Shown here piece after piece: positions 52,161-62,274 of a stretch of DNA of 64,000 nt. Both the position numbers and the translations under genes were made by a program. The stretch covers positions 2,486 through 66,485 of the forward strand of contig CAZPMC010000005.1 in NCBI GenBank assembly GCA_964587755.1. Direction: 5' to 3'. The notes beneath the pieces are model-generated. The model ran no database searches, was not told the origin of the DNA, and saw only the letters and a list, made by a program, of their open reading frames with translations. How positions within the stretch are numbered: position 1 is the stretch's first letter; every line of letters begins with the position of its first letter. This DNA comes from an uncultured Oscillospiraceae bacterium (GTDB lineage Bacteria > Bacillota > Clostridia > Acetivibrionales > DTU013).

Positions 52161-53858
52161 ATGTTAGGTTTTATGTATAGAAGCACCGAATCAGGCAGAA
52201 AGCTGCTTAAACTTGTTGAGACTTTCAACAGTGATGGCTTTGAGGTTACCAAAATTGTTACTTTTAACGGAAAGCGCGGTATTGCTGCTCAAAGTAAGAC
52301 CGCATTTAATTATGATACCGGCAACCCAAAAAAGGTATACTATCTGGAAGGGGATCCCTATGAGATGGGATTTTTAATGGGAAGCCTTGCAGAAGATGTG
52401 GTATCCCGGATGACAAGTGTTTATGCCCACAAGGTAGTATTTTCTTTTATAGGCAGCAACACACTGGAGAAAGCTACAAAGATACAGAAAGCCTTTCTTA
52501 AAATTGTTTATGAATTTTCAAAGAAAGCCTGGAAAAGTATCCCCAATGAAATAAAGGATGAAATTCAAGGTATATATGACGGCTGCAGAAGCAGAAACGC
52601 CAAAACGAAGGTGGATATTGAGCATCTGATTGTATTAAACATAGGGATTGATATATTATGCTCCAGAATTTATACCGGCAGTTTTTTAAAGAGAGATATA
52701 CCAGAGGTTTCACCCAAAGACTTTGAATTGCCAATGATGTGTAATGCTTTTTCAATTTGCGGTGAAAGTGCGGCAGGAGGTTGCTACTTCGGCAGAGATT
52801 TCATGTTTCCCACAGCAGATGTCTTTCAGGATACGGCCACCATGGTAATTTACAACCCAGTCACAAAAGGGAGTAAACAGTCAATTCCCTTTGTAAGCAT
52901 AACAGCCCCCGGAATAGTGGGAAGCATATCTGCCATGAACACTGAGGGGATAGCAATGGGTGTAAATATGTCTCCGGGAGCTAACTGTGATCCCCAAAAT
53001 ATCGGTACTAATTCACTTCTTCTGGTAAGGCTCTGCACTCAGCACAGCAGCAGTGCAAAGGAAGCTGTGGAGCTTATTACCGGTATCCCAAAAGGTGTAT
53101 CCTGGAATTATATAATAGTAGACGGAAAAAATGAGCGCTCCTGTGTTGTAGAGGCGGGGGCATCGGGGCCAGCGCCTGATTTCACTGTCTTTGCTCCCAA
53201 AGAATATACAAAGCTATTGCCTGATAATGAGTTTTTAAAAAACCATTGCGGCACATCTTTTACAAACGGTATTATGGTCAGATGGAATGATTATAAATAC
53301 CCTAAGGAGTTCTTAGATTTTAACCCAACCCTGTGGGAATATTACAACAAAAAGCATAAGACTGAAAAGGTGATTAGGGAAGGAGCGTTCTCAAAGACGG
53401 GTTTTATAAACAATTCTCCAAAAGAAAGCAACTGTCCTTCATCATATTATTTTGCGCCTCAAAGAGAGGAAGGCAGTGAAATTCTTATAGGCGGAAACAG
53501 CTTTTTAATACCGGCAATGCGCTATTTTACAATGCACCGATGGACTGCACGAATAGTTAACAGGAAGGTGGATGATTTGCAGTGGAGGTATGATGAGCTG
53601 AACAGTCAGATTAATGAGATGCTTTTAAAACGCAGGTCAATAGGGATGGAAGAGGCAAAGGAGCTTGTATCATTTCTTACACCCCGGGGGAAAAATCCCG
53701 ACTATTATAAAGACAATCCCACAAGCAGCGACGGAAAACAGATACGAATAGAAGGTTGCGATAGTGTTTTTGATTTAAAAAATATGGTTGTAGAAAGCCA
53801 TTACGGATACTATTGCGACAAGTGGGTGAAGCTTTCACTTAGAAAATATTTTAGTTAG
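52161..53858 (+). CDS. Peptidase C45 / acyl-CoA:6-APA acyltransferase-like Ntn hydrolase family protein
   Basis: YYLEGDPYEMGFLMGSLAED N-terminal pattern and a candidate nucleophile region, MMCNAFSICG. At 565 aa it is unusually long for the family. Confidence 0.45.
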   Translation: MLGFMYRSTESGRKLLKLVETFNSDGFEVTKIVTFNGKRGIAAQSKTAFNYDTGNPKKVYYLEGDPYEMGFLMGSLAEDVVSRMTSVYAHKVVFSFIGSNTLEKATKIQKAFLKIVYEFSKKAWKSIPNEIKDEIQGIYDGCRSRNAKTKVDIEHLIVLNIGIDILCSRIYTGSFLKRDIPEVSPKDFELPMMCNAFSICGESAAGGCYFGRDFMFPTADVFQDTATMVIYNPVTKGSKQSIPFVSITAPGIVGSISAMNTEGIAMGVNMSPGANCDPQNIGTNSLLLVRLCTQHSSSAKEAVELITGIPKGVSWNYIIVDGKNERSCVVEAGASGPAPDFTVFAPKEYTKLLPDNEFLKNHCGTSFTNGIMVRWNDYKYPKEFLDFNPTLWEYYNKKHKTEKVIREGAFSKTGFINNSPKESNCPSSYYFAPQREEGSEILIGGNSFLIPAMRYFTMHRWTARIVNRKVDDLQWRYDELNSQINEMLLKRRSIGMEEAKELVSFLTPRGKNPDYYKDNPTSSDGKQIRIEGCDSVFDLKNMVVESHYGYYCDKWVKLSLRKYFS

Positions 53859-53962
53859 TTTTACCTATTAGGTGGGTATAATAGCTTATAATGCACATAG
53901 GTCTATTTTACTATATAATAAGTAGAGGAATTATAAAGAATAAGCACTAAGGAGCGGATTAA

Positions 53963-54487
53963 ATGAGCAAGAACCCAGTAGTAACTATTGAAATGGAAAA
54001 TGGAAAGAAAATTAAGTTCGAACTTTATCCTGAGGTTGCACCAAATACGGTGAAGAATTTCATTTCCCTGGCAAACAGCGGGTTTTACAACGGACTGATA
54101 TTCCATCGGGTTATTCCCGGATTTATGATACAGGGAGGATGCCCAAACGGCAATGGTATGGGCGGACCCGGTTATCATATTAAGGGGGAATTTGCCAAAA
54201 ACGGATTCAACAATATATTGGTGCATGACAGGGGCGTTATCTCTATGGCCAGGTCCTCCAGCCTTAACTCTGCAGGTTCTCAATTTTTTATAATGGTTGA
54301 GAAAGCACCTCACCTGGACGGGCAATATGCAGCCTTCGGAAAGGTCATAGAGGGAATGGAAGAGGCCGATAGAATTGCATCTGTAAAAAGAGATTACAAT
54401 GATAAGCCAAGAGAAGATCAGCGCATGAAGAGTGTCAGCGTTGAAACCTTTGGTGTTGAGTACGAACAGCCTGAAGTCTTAAAATAA
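53963..54487 (+). CDS. ppiB: Cyclophilin-type peptidyl-prolyl cis-trans isomerase
   Basis: FHRVIPGFMIQGG, MARSS...NSAGSQFFI and FGKVIEGM motifs. Confidence 0.93.
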   Translation: MSKNPVVTIEMENGKKIKFELYPEVAPNTVKNFISLANSGFYNGLIFHRVIPGFMIQGGCPNGNGMGGPGYHIKGEFAKNGFNNILVHDRGVISMARSSSLNSAGSQFFIMVEKAPHLDGQYAAFGKVIEGMEEADRIASVKRDYNDKPREDQRMKSVSVETFGVEYEQPEVLK

Positions 54488-54492
54488 CTACC

Positions 54493-55068
54493 CTAAGTAA
54501 GCCATTTTTCTTTGATATCAGGTGGAATATAGTTATCTATATGATCAAGAGCTTTTGATACATCATCGGTTACATAATAGAGCAATCTGCTTTCGGATTT
54601 AGCAAAGCGTTGCCCGATGATGTAATCAAACTGTTTAAGCAAAAAATCAAAAAAACCATTTGCATTTAAAATAACAATAGGTTTATTGTGATATTTCAGC
54701 TGCCTAAGGGTTATAATTTCCAACAGCTCCTCACAGGTGCCAAAGCCTCCGGGTAGCGCAATAAATGCATCTGAACGCTCGTCCATGATTGCCTTTCTGG
54801 AGCGTAGATCCTTTGTAATCACCAATTCATCACAGGCTTCATACACCACGCCATCTATATTGAGCACCTCAGGGATTACTCCAATAACCTTTCCGTGATG
54901 CTCATGAACAGCCCGTGCAGTAGCTCCCATAAGCCCTCTCATACCGCCGCCGAAAAGCATTATATCTTTTCTTAAGGCTATGCCATTGCCAAGTTCCCGG
55001 GCTTTTTCAAAATAATGTTCATCTATCAAATTGCTTGATGAGCTGTAAACGCAAATTACCTTGTTCAT
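54493..55068 (-). CDS. LOG family (TIGR00730-type) nucleotide 5'-monophosphate nucleosidase
   Basis: GGGMRGLMG and PGGFGTCEEL motifs. Start at 55068 after GGAGG. Confidence 0.85.
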   Translation of the reverse strand: MNKVICVYSSSSNLIDEHYFEKARELGNGIALRKDIMLFGGGMRGLMGATARAVHEHHGKVIGVIPEVLNIDGVVYEACDELVITKDLRSRKAIMDERSDAFIALPGGFGTCEELLEIITLRQLKYHNKPIVILNANGFFDFLLKQFDYIIGQRFAKSESRLLYYVTDDVSKALDHIDNYIPPDIKEKWLT

Positions 55069-55090
55069 CCGTACCTCCATCTATTGCTGT

Positions 55091-55630
55091 CTATAATGCA
55101 GTCCCTTTCTTAGGAATAAATAAGCCGCTCATATTTACTCCTTCATGTTCCAAAAGCTTTATCTTTCTTTTTAGCCCACTCGCATAACCGGTGAGATTTC
55201 CGTTGGCGCCGACCACACGGTGGCAAGGAATAATTATGGTTATTGGATTGTGCCCGACAGCACCACCTACAGCTAGTGCAGACATTCTGGCTTTCCCCAT
55301 ACGTCTTGCAGCCTCCTTTGCAATTTGTCCGTATGTTGTCAGCTCACCATAAGGTATCTCAGTAAGAATTCTCCACACCACCTGTTTAAACTCTCCGCCT
55401 GTAGGAGCAAGTGGAAGAGAGGAGATTTCAGGCTTTTTTCCGGCAAAATAATCATTCAGCCATGAAATACCTTCTTGTAATATTGGGACATTGTCTTTTT
55501 CAATGACATCCTCTGGCATTGTGCTTCCAAAATACCTCTGCCCTTCAATCCACAGTCCGATAATATTATTCTCATCACTTACAAGCAATATTTCACCAAT
55601 CGGCGATTTGTAGTGTGTTGAATAATACAT
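55091..55630 (-). CDS. ogt: Methylated-DNA--protein-cysteine methyltransferase
   Basis: Active site IIIPCHRVVG and a YGQIA helix. Start at 55630 after AGGAGGTG. Confidence 0.9.
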   Translation of the reverse strand: MYYSTHYKSPIGEILLVSDENNIIGLWIEGQRYFGSTMPEDVIEKDNVPILQEGISWLNDYFAGKKPEISSLPLAPTGGEFKQVVWRILTEIPYGELTTYGQIAKEAARRMGKARMSALAVGGAVGHNPITIIIPCHRVVGANGNLTGYASGLKRKIKLLEHEGVNMSGLFIPKKGTAL

Positions 55631-55752
55631 TTTCTTCACCTCCTGTTTATTTAGTCGTACCATACCAATATCTATGATACACCCATAAATAAAATAATGC
55701 AGCATTAATAGTGACTAACCTGCCGAATATTTTACAATGACTCGGACATACT

Positions 55753-56802
55753 CTAAGGCATTAAGGAATCTCCTTTTGAAAAGTCAGGCTCGAAGCCGGC
55801 TGCTTTAATTCTTCCGACAAGCTCGGCAAGACCTTCGCAAGCTTCAGCGCCGGAAGATAGCTTGTTGTCATAAATAGCGTAATCCTTACGGTGAGAGACG
55901 GGAGTAAGATTTGGCATAACAACATTGGCACCGGCACGGAAACCTTTTTCACGCCCCATGGAGTCGATTGTGCCAAGTGCAGTTGTCGCAGGCAGCAATA
56001 CCTTAGGTAGCATAATGCGGATAAGAGCCAGCATAACAAGTGTAAGATCTGCATCTGACGACTTGTTTTTTGCAAAAGCAGTGTCCTTATGGGGGATAAA
56101 TGGCCCCACCCCTACCATATGGGGTTTTAACTCCCTTAGGAAAATTAAATCGGCTGCCAGATTTTCAAAGGTCTGGTAAGGGGATTCTATCATAAAGCCA
56201 GCACCTACCTGAAAGCCTGTTTCCTTCAATGTTTTTAGGCAATGAATACGGTTGGCAAGACTCATTTCCTTTGGATGGATGAGATTATAGTGAGATTCGG
56301 TTGCCGTTTCGTGTCTGAGAAGATACCTGTCGGCACCGGCATTATAAAGCTTCCTGTAGCTTTCATCTGTTCTTTCCCCAAGGGACAGCGTTACAGCGCA
56401 TTCAGGGTAACGGTGCTTAATTTCAGATATAAGATCGCACATCAGCTCATCAGTAAAGAAAGGATCCTCTCCACCTTGCAGCACAAAGGTGCGAAAACCA
56501 AGTTTATAGCCCACGGCGCAGCAGTCTAAAATCTCTCCATGTGATAACCTGTATCGTCTGGCATTTTGGTTGCTTCTTCTTATGCCACAGTACAAGCAAT
56601 CATTTTTGCAATAATTGCTTATTTCTATCAACCCTCTGAAGAATATTTTATCACCGTAATATTTGCGTTTTTTCTCTAAGGCAGAAGCAAATAGTGCTTC
56701 CTGCTCGTCTTGAGAGGATGAAGCGAAATGTGAAATAACTGCTTCTATTTCGTCCTTGCTGCCTAGGGCTAGCATATTAACAATGTCTTCCATTTTCATC
56801 AT
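55753..56802 (-). CDS. hydE: [FeFe]-hydrogenase H-cluster maturase, radical SAM protein HydE
   Basis: FRGLIEISNYCKNDCLYCGIRRSN...RYRL, a 349-aa BioB-like TIM barrel. Could be confused with other BioB-like radical SAM enzymes. Confidence 0.75.
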   Translation of the reverse strand: MMKMEDIVNMLALGSKDEIEAVISHFASSSQDEQEALFASALEKKRKYYGDKIFFRGLIEISNYCKNDCLYCGIRRSNQNARRYRLSHGEILDCCAVGYKLGFRTFVLQGGEDPFFTDELMCDLISEIKHRYPECAVTLSLGERTDESYRKLYNAGADRYLLRHETATESHYNLIHPKEMSLANRIHCLKTLKETGFQVGAGFMIESPYQTFENLAADLIFLRELKPHMVGVGPFIPHKDTAFAKNKSSDADLTLVMLALIRIMLPKVLLPATTALGTIDSMGREKGFRAGANVVMPNLTPVSHRKDYAIYDNKLSSGAEACEGLAELVGRIKAAGFEPDFSKGDSLMP

Positions 56803-57006
56803 AATAAATAATTCCTTTGGTAAATCCTGTGTTCATGATTGTATTAACGTATGAACATAATATAACAGTAAAATATAATTATCAAGAAAAGAAGCATTTA
56901 AGAAGGAACGTGATAGAAAATAATAAAGATAATAGTGATATGTGTTAAACAATGTGGTAGTATAGTTTACATGAAGCTTTAATAATAGTATGGAGTGAAT
57001 ATTAAA

Positions 57007-58740
57007 ATGAAACAAAAGCCCCTGTATGATGTAAAGCATATTAAGGATTTTAAAGATCTTCTTGAACAAAGTGCATCTTCTTTCGGAGAAAAGGCAGCTT
57101 TTTGGATTAAAGACGAGAATAAAACATTAAAAAGCATTACTTACAATCATTTTAAAAATGATGTAGATGCTCTTGGGGCAGCTTTAGTTTCCCTGGGGCT
57201 GAGAGACAGCTTTATTGCCGTTTTGGGAGAGAACCGGTATGAATGGTGTGTTTCTTATCTTGCCGTGACCAATCATACAGGTGTTGTATTACCTCTTGAT
57301 AAAGAGCTGCCCGTGGCGGAGAAGGGTAACCTTTTGCAGAGAGGTGAGGCATCAGCTCTTATTTTTTCCGGTCGTTACCAAAAGGATATTTTATCTGTAA
57401 AGAATAGCATAAGCTCGGTTAAGTATTTTATTGATATGGACTTAGATTACGACACAGAGGATTTTTTATCCTTGAAGGGACTTATTAAGATGGGAAGACA
57501 GCTTATTGCGGAGGGGAAAGCAGACCTTGACGGGTATAAGATAGACAATGAAGCAATGGGTGTTCTTCTGTTTACTTCAGGCACAACTGACCTGGCAAAG
57601 GGTGTTATGCTATCACAAAAAAATATTTGCTCAAATATAATGGCTGTATTAAAAACAGTTCATGTTGACAGTGAGGATATTTCTCTTTCAATTCTACCGT
57701 TGCATCACACTTATGAGTGTACCCTCGGATTTTTAGCAATTATCAACTGTGGTGGTACTATAGCCTTCAATGAAGGACTTAAGCACATACAAAAAAATCT
57801 TCTTGAGGTAAAGCCCACTATTCTTATATCAGTGCCTCTTTTGCTAGAAAACATGTACAAAAAAATCTGGGATAAGGCTGCTAAAACAAAAGGCTTGACT
57901 ACGCTGCTCAAGATAATGATTATGGTGGCTAAGGGGCTTAGGAGAGCAGGAATTGATATAAGTCGTACTATGTTTAACAGTATCCACGAAAATTTTGGAG
58001 GAAGTCTGAGATTGATTATCACAGGCGCAGCAGCCATCAGCCCTGAGGTTTCAAACGGATTTATCAATATGGGATTTAAAGTGCTTCAAGGGTATGGTTT
58101 GACAGAATGTTCGCCGCTTGTCATCGGCGAGAGAGACAATTTTTACGGCAATGCATCCATAGGACTGCCTTTACCAGGAGTAGAAGTAAAGCTTGAAAAT
58201 AAAGATGATAATGGTATTGGTGAAATTGTTGTCAAGGGCGAAAATGTTATGCTTGGTTATTATAAAAATGAGGAAGCAACAAAAAATTGTCTCAAGGACG
58301 GATGGTTCTATACAGGTGATTTAGGTAGGGTTGATGAAAGAGGCGCTTATTATGTAGCCGGCAGACTTAAAAATGTAATTGTCACCAAGAACGGAAAAAA
58401 TATTTTCCCTGAGGAAGTCGAATCATATATTAACAGAAGCCCTTATGTGCTTGAATCCATGGTTGAAGGGTACGAAGATGAAAAATCAGGTGAGACTATG
58501 GTAGGCGCACATATACGGCCAAACCTTGAAGCGATTAAGGAGAAGCTTAAGCTTAAGACTCCGTCGGCTGAGGATATAAGAAAAATAATATCAGATGCTA
58601 TTAAAAATGCGAACAAAGATATGCCTCTATATAAGCGCATTAGCAAATTTACAATAAGAGACAGCGAGTTTATAAAAACTACCACCTTAAAGATTAAAAG
58701 ATATGCTGAAAAGGCTAAGATGAAGCTTAAACATGAGTAG
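57007..58740 (+). CDS. Long-chain fatty-acid--CoA ligase (AMP-binding enzyme)
   Basis: FTSGTTDLAKGVMLS (AMP motif), GYGLTE, YTGDLG and a C-terminal KIKR. Start at 57007. Confidence 0.85.
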   Translation: MKQKPLYDVKHIKDFKDLLEQSASSFGEKAAFWIKDENKTLKSITYNHFKNDVDALGAALVSLGLRDSFIAVLGENRYEWCVSYLAVTNHTGVVLPLDKELPVAEKGNLLQRGEASALIFSGRYQKDILSVKNSISSVKYFIDMDLDYDTEDFLSLKGLIKMGRQLIAEGKADLDGYKIDNEAMGVLLFTSGTTDLAKGVMLSQKNICSNIMAVLKTVHVDSEDISLSILPLHHTYECTLGFLAIINCGGTIAFNEGLKHIQKNLLEVKPTILISVPLLLENMYKKIWDKAAKTKGLTTLLKIMIMVAKGLRRAGIDISRTMFNSIHENFGGSLRLIITGAAAISPEVSNGFINMGFKVLQGYGLTECSPLVIGERDNFYGNASIGLPLPGVEVKLENKDDNGIGEIVVKGENVMLGYYKNEEATKNCLKDGWFYTGDLGRVDERGAYYVAGRLKNVIVTKNGKNIFPEEVESYINRSPYVLESMVEGYEDEKSGETMVGAHIRPNLEAIKEKLKLKTPSAEDIRKIISDAIKNANKDMPLYKRISKFTIRDSEFIKTTTLKIKRYAEKAKMKLKHE

Positions 58741-58766
58741 AAGCCTTAAGTTTTATTATTATTAAG

Positions 58767-60038
58767 CTAAACTACTGCACCAAGCAATAATACACCGAGA
58801 TTTTCATTGTAAATACCGGGTAGCTGTCCAACGGGTATTGGGTTTACACCTAATCCAACTTCGATAGTGTAGCCCGGTCTTCTGAATTCCTGTAAAAACC
58901 AATCCTTGTATCCGGCATATGCAGCCTCGGGTGTACCTGCTTCAACAGCATAACCGTTTATTGCGGCAAACTGGTTTGCAATAGTCAGGGCACGGGGTGG
59001 TGCATAGTCCATAAATTGCCAGTATATGACTCTGCCTTGAGTGTGGAAAGCGATGACTATTCTGAAATTATGGGAGGAAGTAAATTCTACCATAGCTCTT
59101 GATTCCGGCTCGGACAAAGGTGCATCTCCACCGAAATCTCTGGGGCCGGGACTTGTTATCCCTGCCTCAATCTCCTCTTCCTTTTCTCTTTCCCATTCTG
59201 CCGGGTAGTTCAAGTTCAAATCAACACCACGGATATTCGCCTTCCACACACTCGGAAGGGGAAGCCCCGTTGTATTAAGTCTTGCAGCCTGCATAAACTC
59301 GGGGTCACTGTATGTGGGCCAATATGCCACCAGGTCTACTCCGTCGGGGTTTACCAAAGGGATAATGTATATGCTCGTCAGATCGAATAACTCCCTGATA
59401 TTGTAGCCTAAAATATTTCTGCCCTCTGAATATGCCTTCCCGTAATCTTCAACAAATTTCATAAGAACCGGTGTAGTAATAGACTCATTTGCATGGTGTG
59501 AAGCATTATATGAAACCTCATTGCTGCCCCTTCCAAGCCGTATGTAGAAAAGCTCCCTTCCCATGACACTTTGACCGATAGATCCTGTTTCCAAAAAAGG
59601 ATACCGTGCGGAAAGACCGCGTATCTGCCGCTCCACAATTTCATAAGTCGGCATTACGTCCAGTGTAACAACATCAATTCCGTAAGGCACTATAAGTCTC
59701 TGTCCAATCATAAGCATATTCGGATTGACAGAGGGGTTTGCGGTAATTATTGCATTTACTGTGGTTCTATAAGCCCTGGCAATGTTATATATTGTATCAC
59801 CTGCCTGTACGGTGTATGTATCATATCCTGTTAGAAGCCTGTCAAGGACGCGCCATGTGGCAGGTCCTACCACCCCGTCAGGCGTTAAGCCGTTATTGCG
59901 CTGAAAATCTGTTACTGCCTGAAAGGTCATGCTTCCAAATATTCCGTCTACAGCTCCTAAGCTGTAGCCTATTCTGTTTAGCAGGCTCTGAATTAGCCGT
60001 ACGTCAGGGCCCGTTGAACCAAGGGATAATACTTGCAT
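58767..60038 (-). CDS. Peptidase M14 (gamma-D-glutamyl-meso-diaminopimelate endopeptidase I-like) with PG_binding_1 and LysM domains; no signal peptide
   Basis: PG_binding_1 (GPDVRLIQSLLNRIGY...DGIFGSMTFQAVTDFQRNNGLTPDGVVG), LysM (YTVQAGDTIYNIARAY...GQRLIVP) and an M14 zinc site (SHHANESIT). Confidence 0.8.
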   Translation of the reverse strand: MQVLSLGSTGPDVRLIQSLLNRIGYSLGAVDGIFGSMTFQAVTDFQRNNGLTPDGVVGPATWRVLDRLLTGYDTYTVQAGDTIYNIARAYRTTVNAIITANPSVNPNMLMIGQRLIVPYGIDVVTLDVMPTYEIVERQIRGLSARYPFLETGSIGQSVMGRELFYIRLGRGSNEVSYNASHHANESITTPVLMKFVEDYGKAYSEGRNILGYNIRELFDLTSIYIIPLVNPDGVDLVAYWPTYSDPEFMQAARLNTTGLPLPSVWKANIRGVDLNLNYPAEWEREKEEEIEAGITSPGPRDFGGDAPLSEPESRAMVEFTSSHNFRIVIAFHTQGRVIYWQFMDYAPPRALTIANQFAAINGYAVEAGTPEAAYAGYKDWFLQEFRRPGYTIEVGLGVNPIPVGQLPGIYNENLGVLLLGAVV

Positions 60039-60156
60039 ATCATTGCTCCAGTCTAATATGTAAAATACTTCTTGTATATTCTATTAGCTTTGACAGGGAA
60101 TTGTGAATTGGGATACAATTAAAAAAACTGTGTTGAAAATCTAATAGTGAGGGATT

Positions 60157-62268
60157 ATGAAAAACAAAGCTCATTCAGGAGAAATTAAGCACAACGCAAA
60201 GCTTCTGACAACATTGCTTGACGTGTCAAACCTCGTTTCCTCAACGATGGAGATTAGACCATTGCTGGAAGCGATTTTAGATAAGTTAAGCAATATAATA
60301 GGATATGACGCTGCCGGTATATATACATTGTCAGGCACGCAAATGAAAGCTATCGCGTATAGGTCTAGGCTTAATATGCCGCTAAGTGAAATAGCACTTC
60401 CTGTATCTGCAATAAATACGCTGGTTTCGGGTAAAAAGCCCGTCCTGATTGACGGCAGCATAATGGCCCTGCCGATGATCTCAAAGAATAATGTAATAGG
60501 CTTATTGGTACTAAATCATAATCAGGCGGGTTATTACAAGGAGTATCATATTGAGCCAGGGTTGGCATTTGCAAATCAGGCTGCCATAGAATATGAAAAT
60601 GCCAAACTGTACAATGAAACTGTTAAGAAGGCGGATGAGATTAGGACTTTGTTTAACATCCAGCAGGCTATCACCAGCAGGCTGGAGCTGGATGTGGTGT
60701 TAAAGCTTATTGCAGATGAGGCAAGACGATTGACAAATGCCCACTATACTGCAGTTTTTCTTGTAGATGGTGAGAACCTGGTGCTGTCGGTTTTCTCAGG
60801 AGAACAGCATGACGGTCTTTTAGGCCTTAAGCTGCCTGTTGACGGTTCGCAGATTGGCGGCAGCCTAAAGCAAAACGAATCGGTTATAATTGATTATTCA
60901 CAAGCAGATAAAAAGCCAGAGGGTAAAATTATCAGCATTACCGGTATGCATAACTGCATCTGTGTGCCACTTCTGGCAGGAACAAAACCTGTGGGTGCTA
61001 TTGCAGCCTTCAGCAGAAACAAGAATGAGTTTGACTCGGAGGACGAAAGAATATTTAATATGTTTGCCCCAAGCGCTGTTATTGGCATAGAGAATGCCCG
61101 TCTTTACAAGGAGGAAAAGCGCAGGCATCTGGAGGACGAACAGAGAAGACATGTGGCAGAAGCCTTAAGGGACATACTTGCAGTTTTAAATTCCAACCAT
61201 TCCCTTGAAGAAATTCTTGACTTCATAACAAAAGAGGCTGCCAGGATATTAAGTGCTGATTCTGCGGCAATATATAAATTAAGCGCCGACAGAAAGACCC
61301 TTGTGGTTGAGGCTGCATCAAATTTGCCAAGACTTGTTCCAAAGGCAGCCATTCTCGATGCTAAAAAAAGCTTCCACGGAAAGGCTTTTTTGGGAAGGAA
61401 GCCTGTTGTCGCCAATGACGACCCGGATGGGATGTGTCTTAATTGCGAAGGAATAATAGCAGTACCGCTTATATGCATCGGGGAGATTTATGGCGGCATA
61501 GCCCTTTACATGAAAGGAGAAGAGGGAAAGGAAGCAAGAAGTATAACTAAGGACGATATTGATTTAGCAATAACCTTTGCAGATCAAGCGGCACTTGCTA
61601 TTGAGAATGCAAAGCTTAGAAAGCAAGCGGCGGAGATGGCGGTAGCAGAAGAAAGAAGCCGGATTGCCAGGGATCTACACGATTCCGTGACACAAACGCT
61701 GTTTTCAGCAAGCCTCATCGCCGAGGTTCTGCCGAAGATATGGGAGAAAAGTCCGGAGAATGGATTAAAAAGGCTTGATGAAATAAAGCAGTTAACCAGG
61801 GGAGCTCTTGCAGAAATGAGAACGCTTCTGTTTGAGCTTAGACCGGCCACCCTTGTGGAAGCACAGTTAGGAGAGCTTCTAAGGCAGCTTTCCGAGGCCG
61901 TTACCGGAAGGGCAAGAATACCGGTGACACTCAGCATAAACGCATCTTACGAGCTGCCGGTAGAGATTAAAATATCTTTTTACAGAATCGCCCAGGAGGC
62001 ATTAAACAATATTGCAAAGCATTCCAATGCAAAGTCTGCTCAGGTTGAGCTAAATGTCAGTAAGGGCGGAGGTAATATTGAGGCAAGATTGTGCATAACA
62101 GATGACGGAAAGGGCTTTGATCAGTCCAAGGTTACCTCTGAGCACCTTGGTATCAGTATTATGAACGAGAGGGCAGAGGATATCGGGGCTGCTCTTACGC
62201 TGGTTTCGAAAGAAGGTGAAGGAACCACTGTTTGCTTAATCTGGTCTGATAAAAATAATAAGGAATAG
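60157..62268 (+). CDS. Cytoplasmic sensor histidine kinase with three GAF domains, HisKA_3 and HATPase_c
   Basis: No TM. Three GAF-like repeats each end in ...A..IENA(K/R)LY. H-box ERSRIARDLHDSVTQ. ATPase N/G boxes (EALNNIAKHS, DDGKGF, GEGTTV). Confidence 0.85.
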   Translation: MKNKAHSGEIKHNAKLLTTLLDVSNLVSSTMEIRPLLEAILDKLSNIIGYDAAGIYTLSGTQMKAIAYRSRLNMPLSEIALPVSAINTLVSGKKPVLIDGSIMALPMISKNNVIGLLVLNHNQAGYYKEYHIEPGLAFANQAAIEYENAKLYNETVKKADEIRTLFNIQQAITSRLELDVVLKLIADEARRLTNAHYTAVFLVDGENLVLSVFSGEQHDGLLGLKLPVDGSQIGGSLKQNESVIIDYSQADKKPEGKIISITGMHNCICVPLLAGTKPVGAIAAFSRNKNEFDSEDERIFNMFAPSAVIGIENARLYKEEKRRHLEDEQRRHVAEALRDILAVLNSNHSLEEILDFITKEAARILSADSAAIYKLSADRKTLVVEAASNLPRLVPKAAILDAKKSFHGKAFLGRKPVVANDDPDGMCLNCEGIIAVPLICIGEIYGGIALYMKGEEGKEARSITKDDIDLAITFADQAALAIENAKLRKQAAEMAVAEERSRIARDLHDSVTQTLFSASLIAEVLPKIWEKSPENGLKRLDEIKQLTRGALAEMRTLLFELRPATLVEAQLGELLRQLSEAVTGRARIPVTLSINASYELPVEIKISFYRIAQEALNNIAKHSNAKSAQVELNVSKGGGNIEARLCITDDGKGFDQSKVTSEHLGISIMNERAEDIGAALTLVSKEGEGTTVCLIWSDKNNKE

Positions 62269-62274
62269 TTATTT

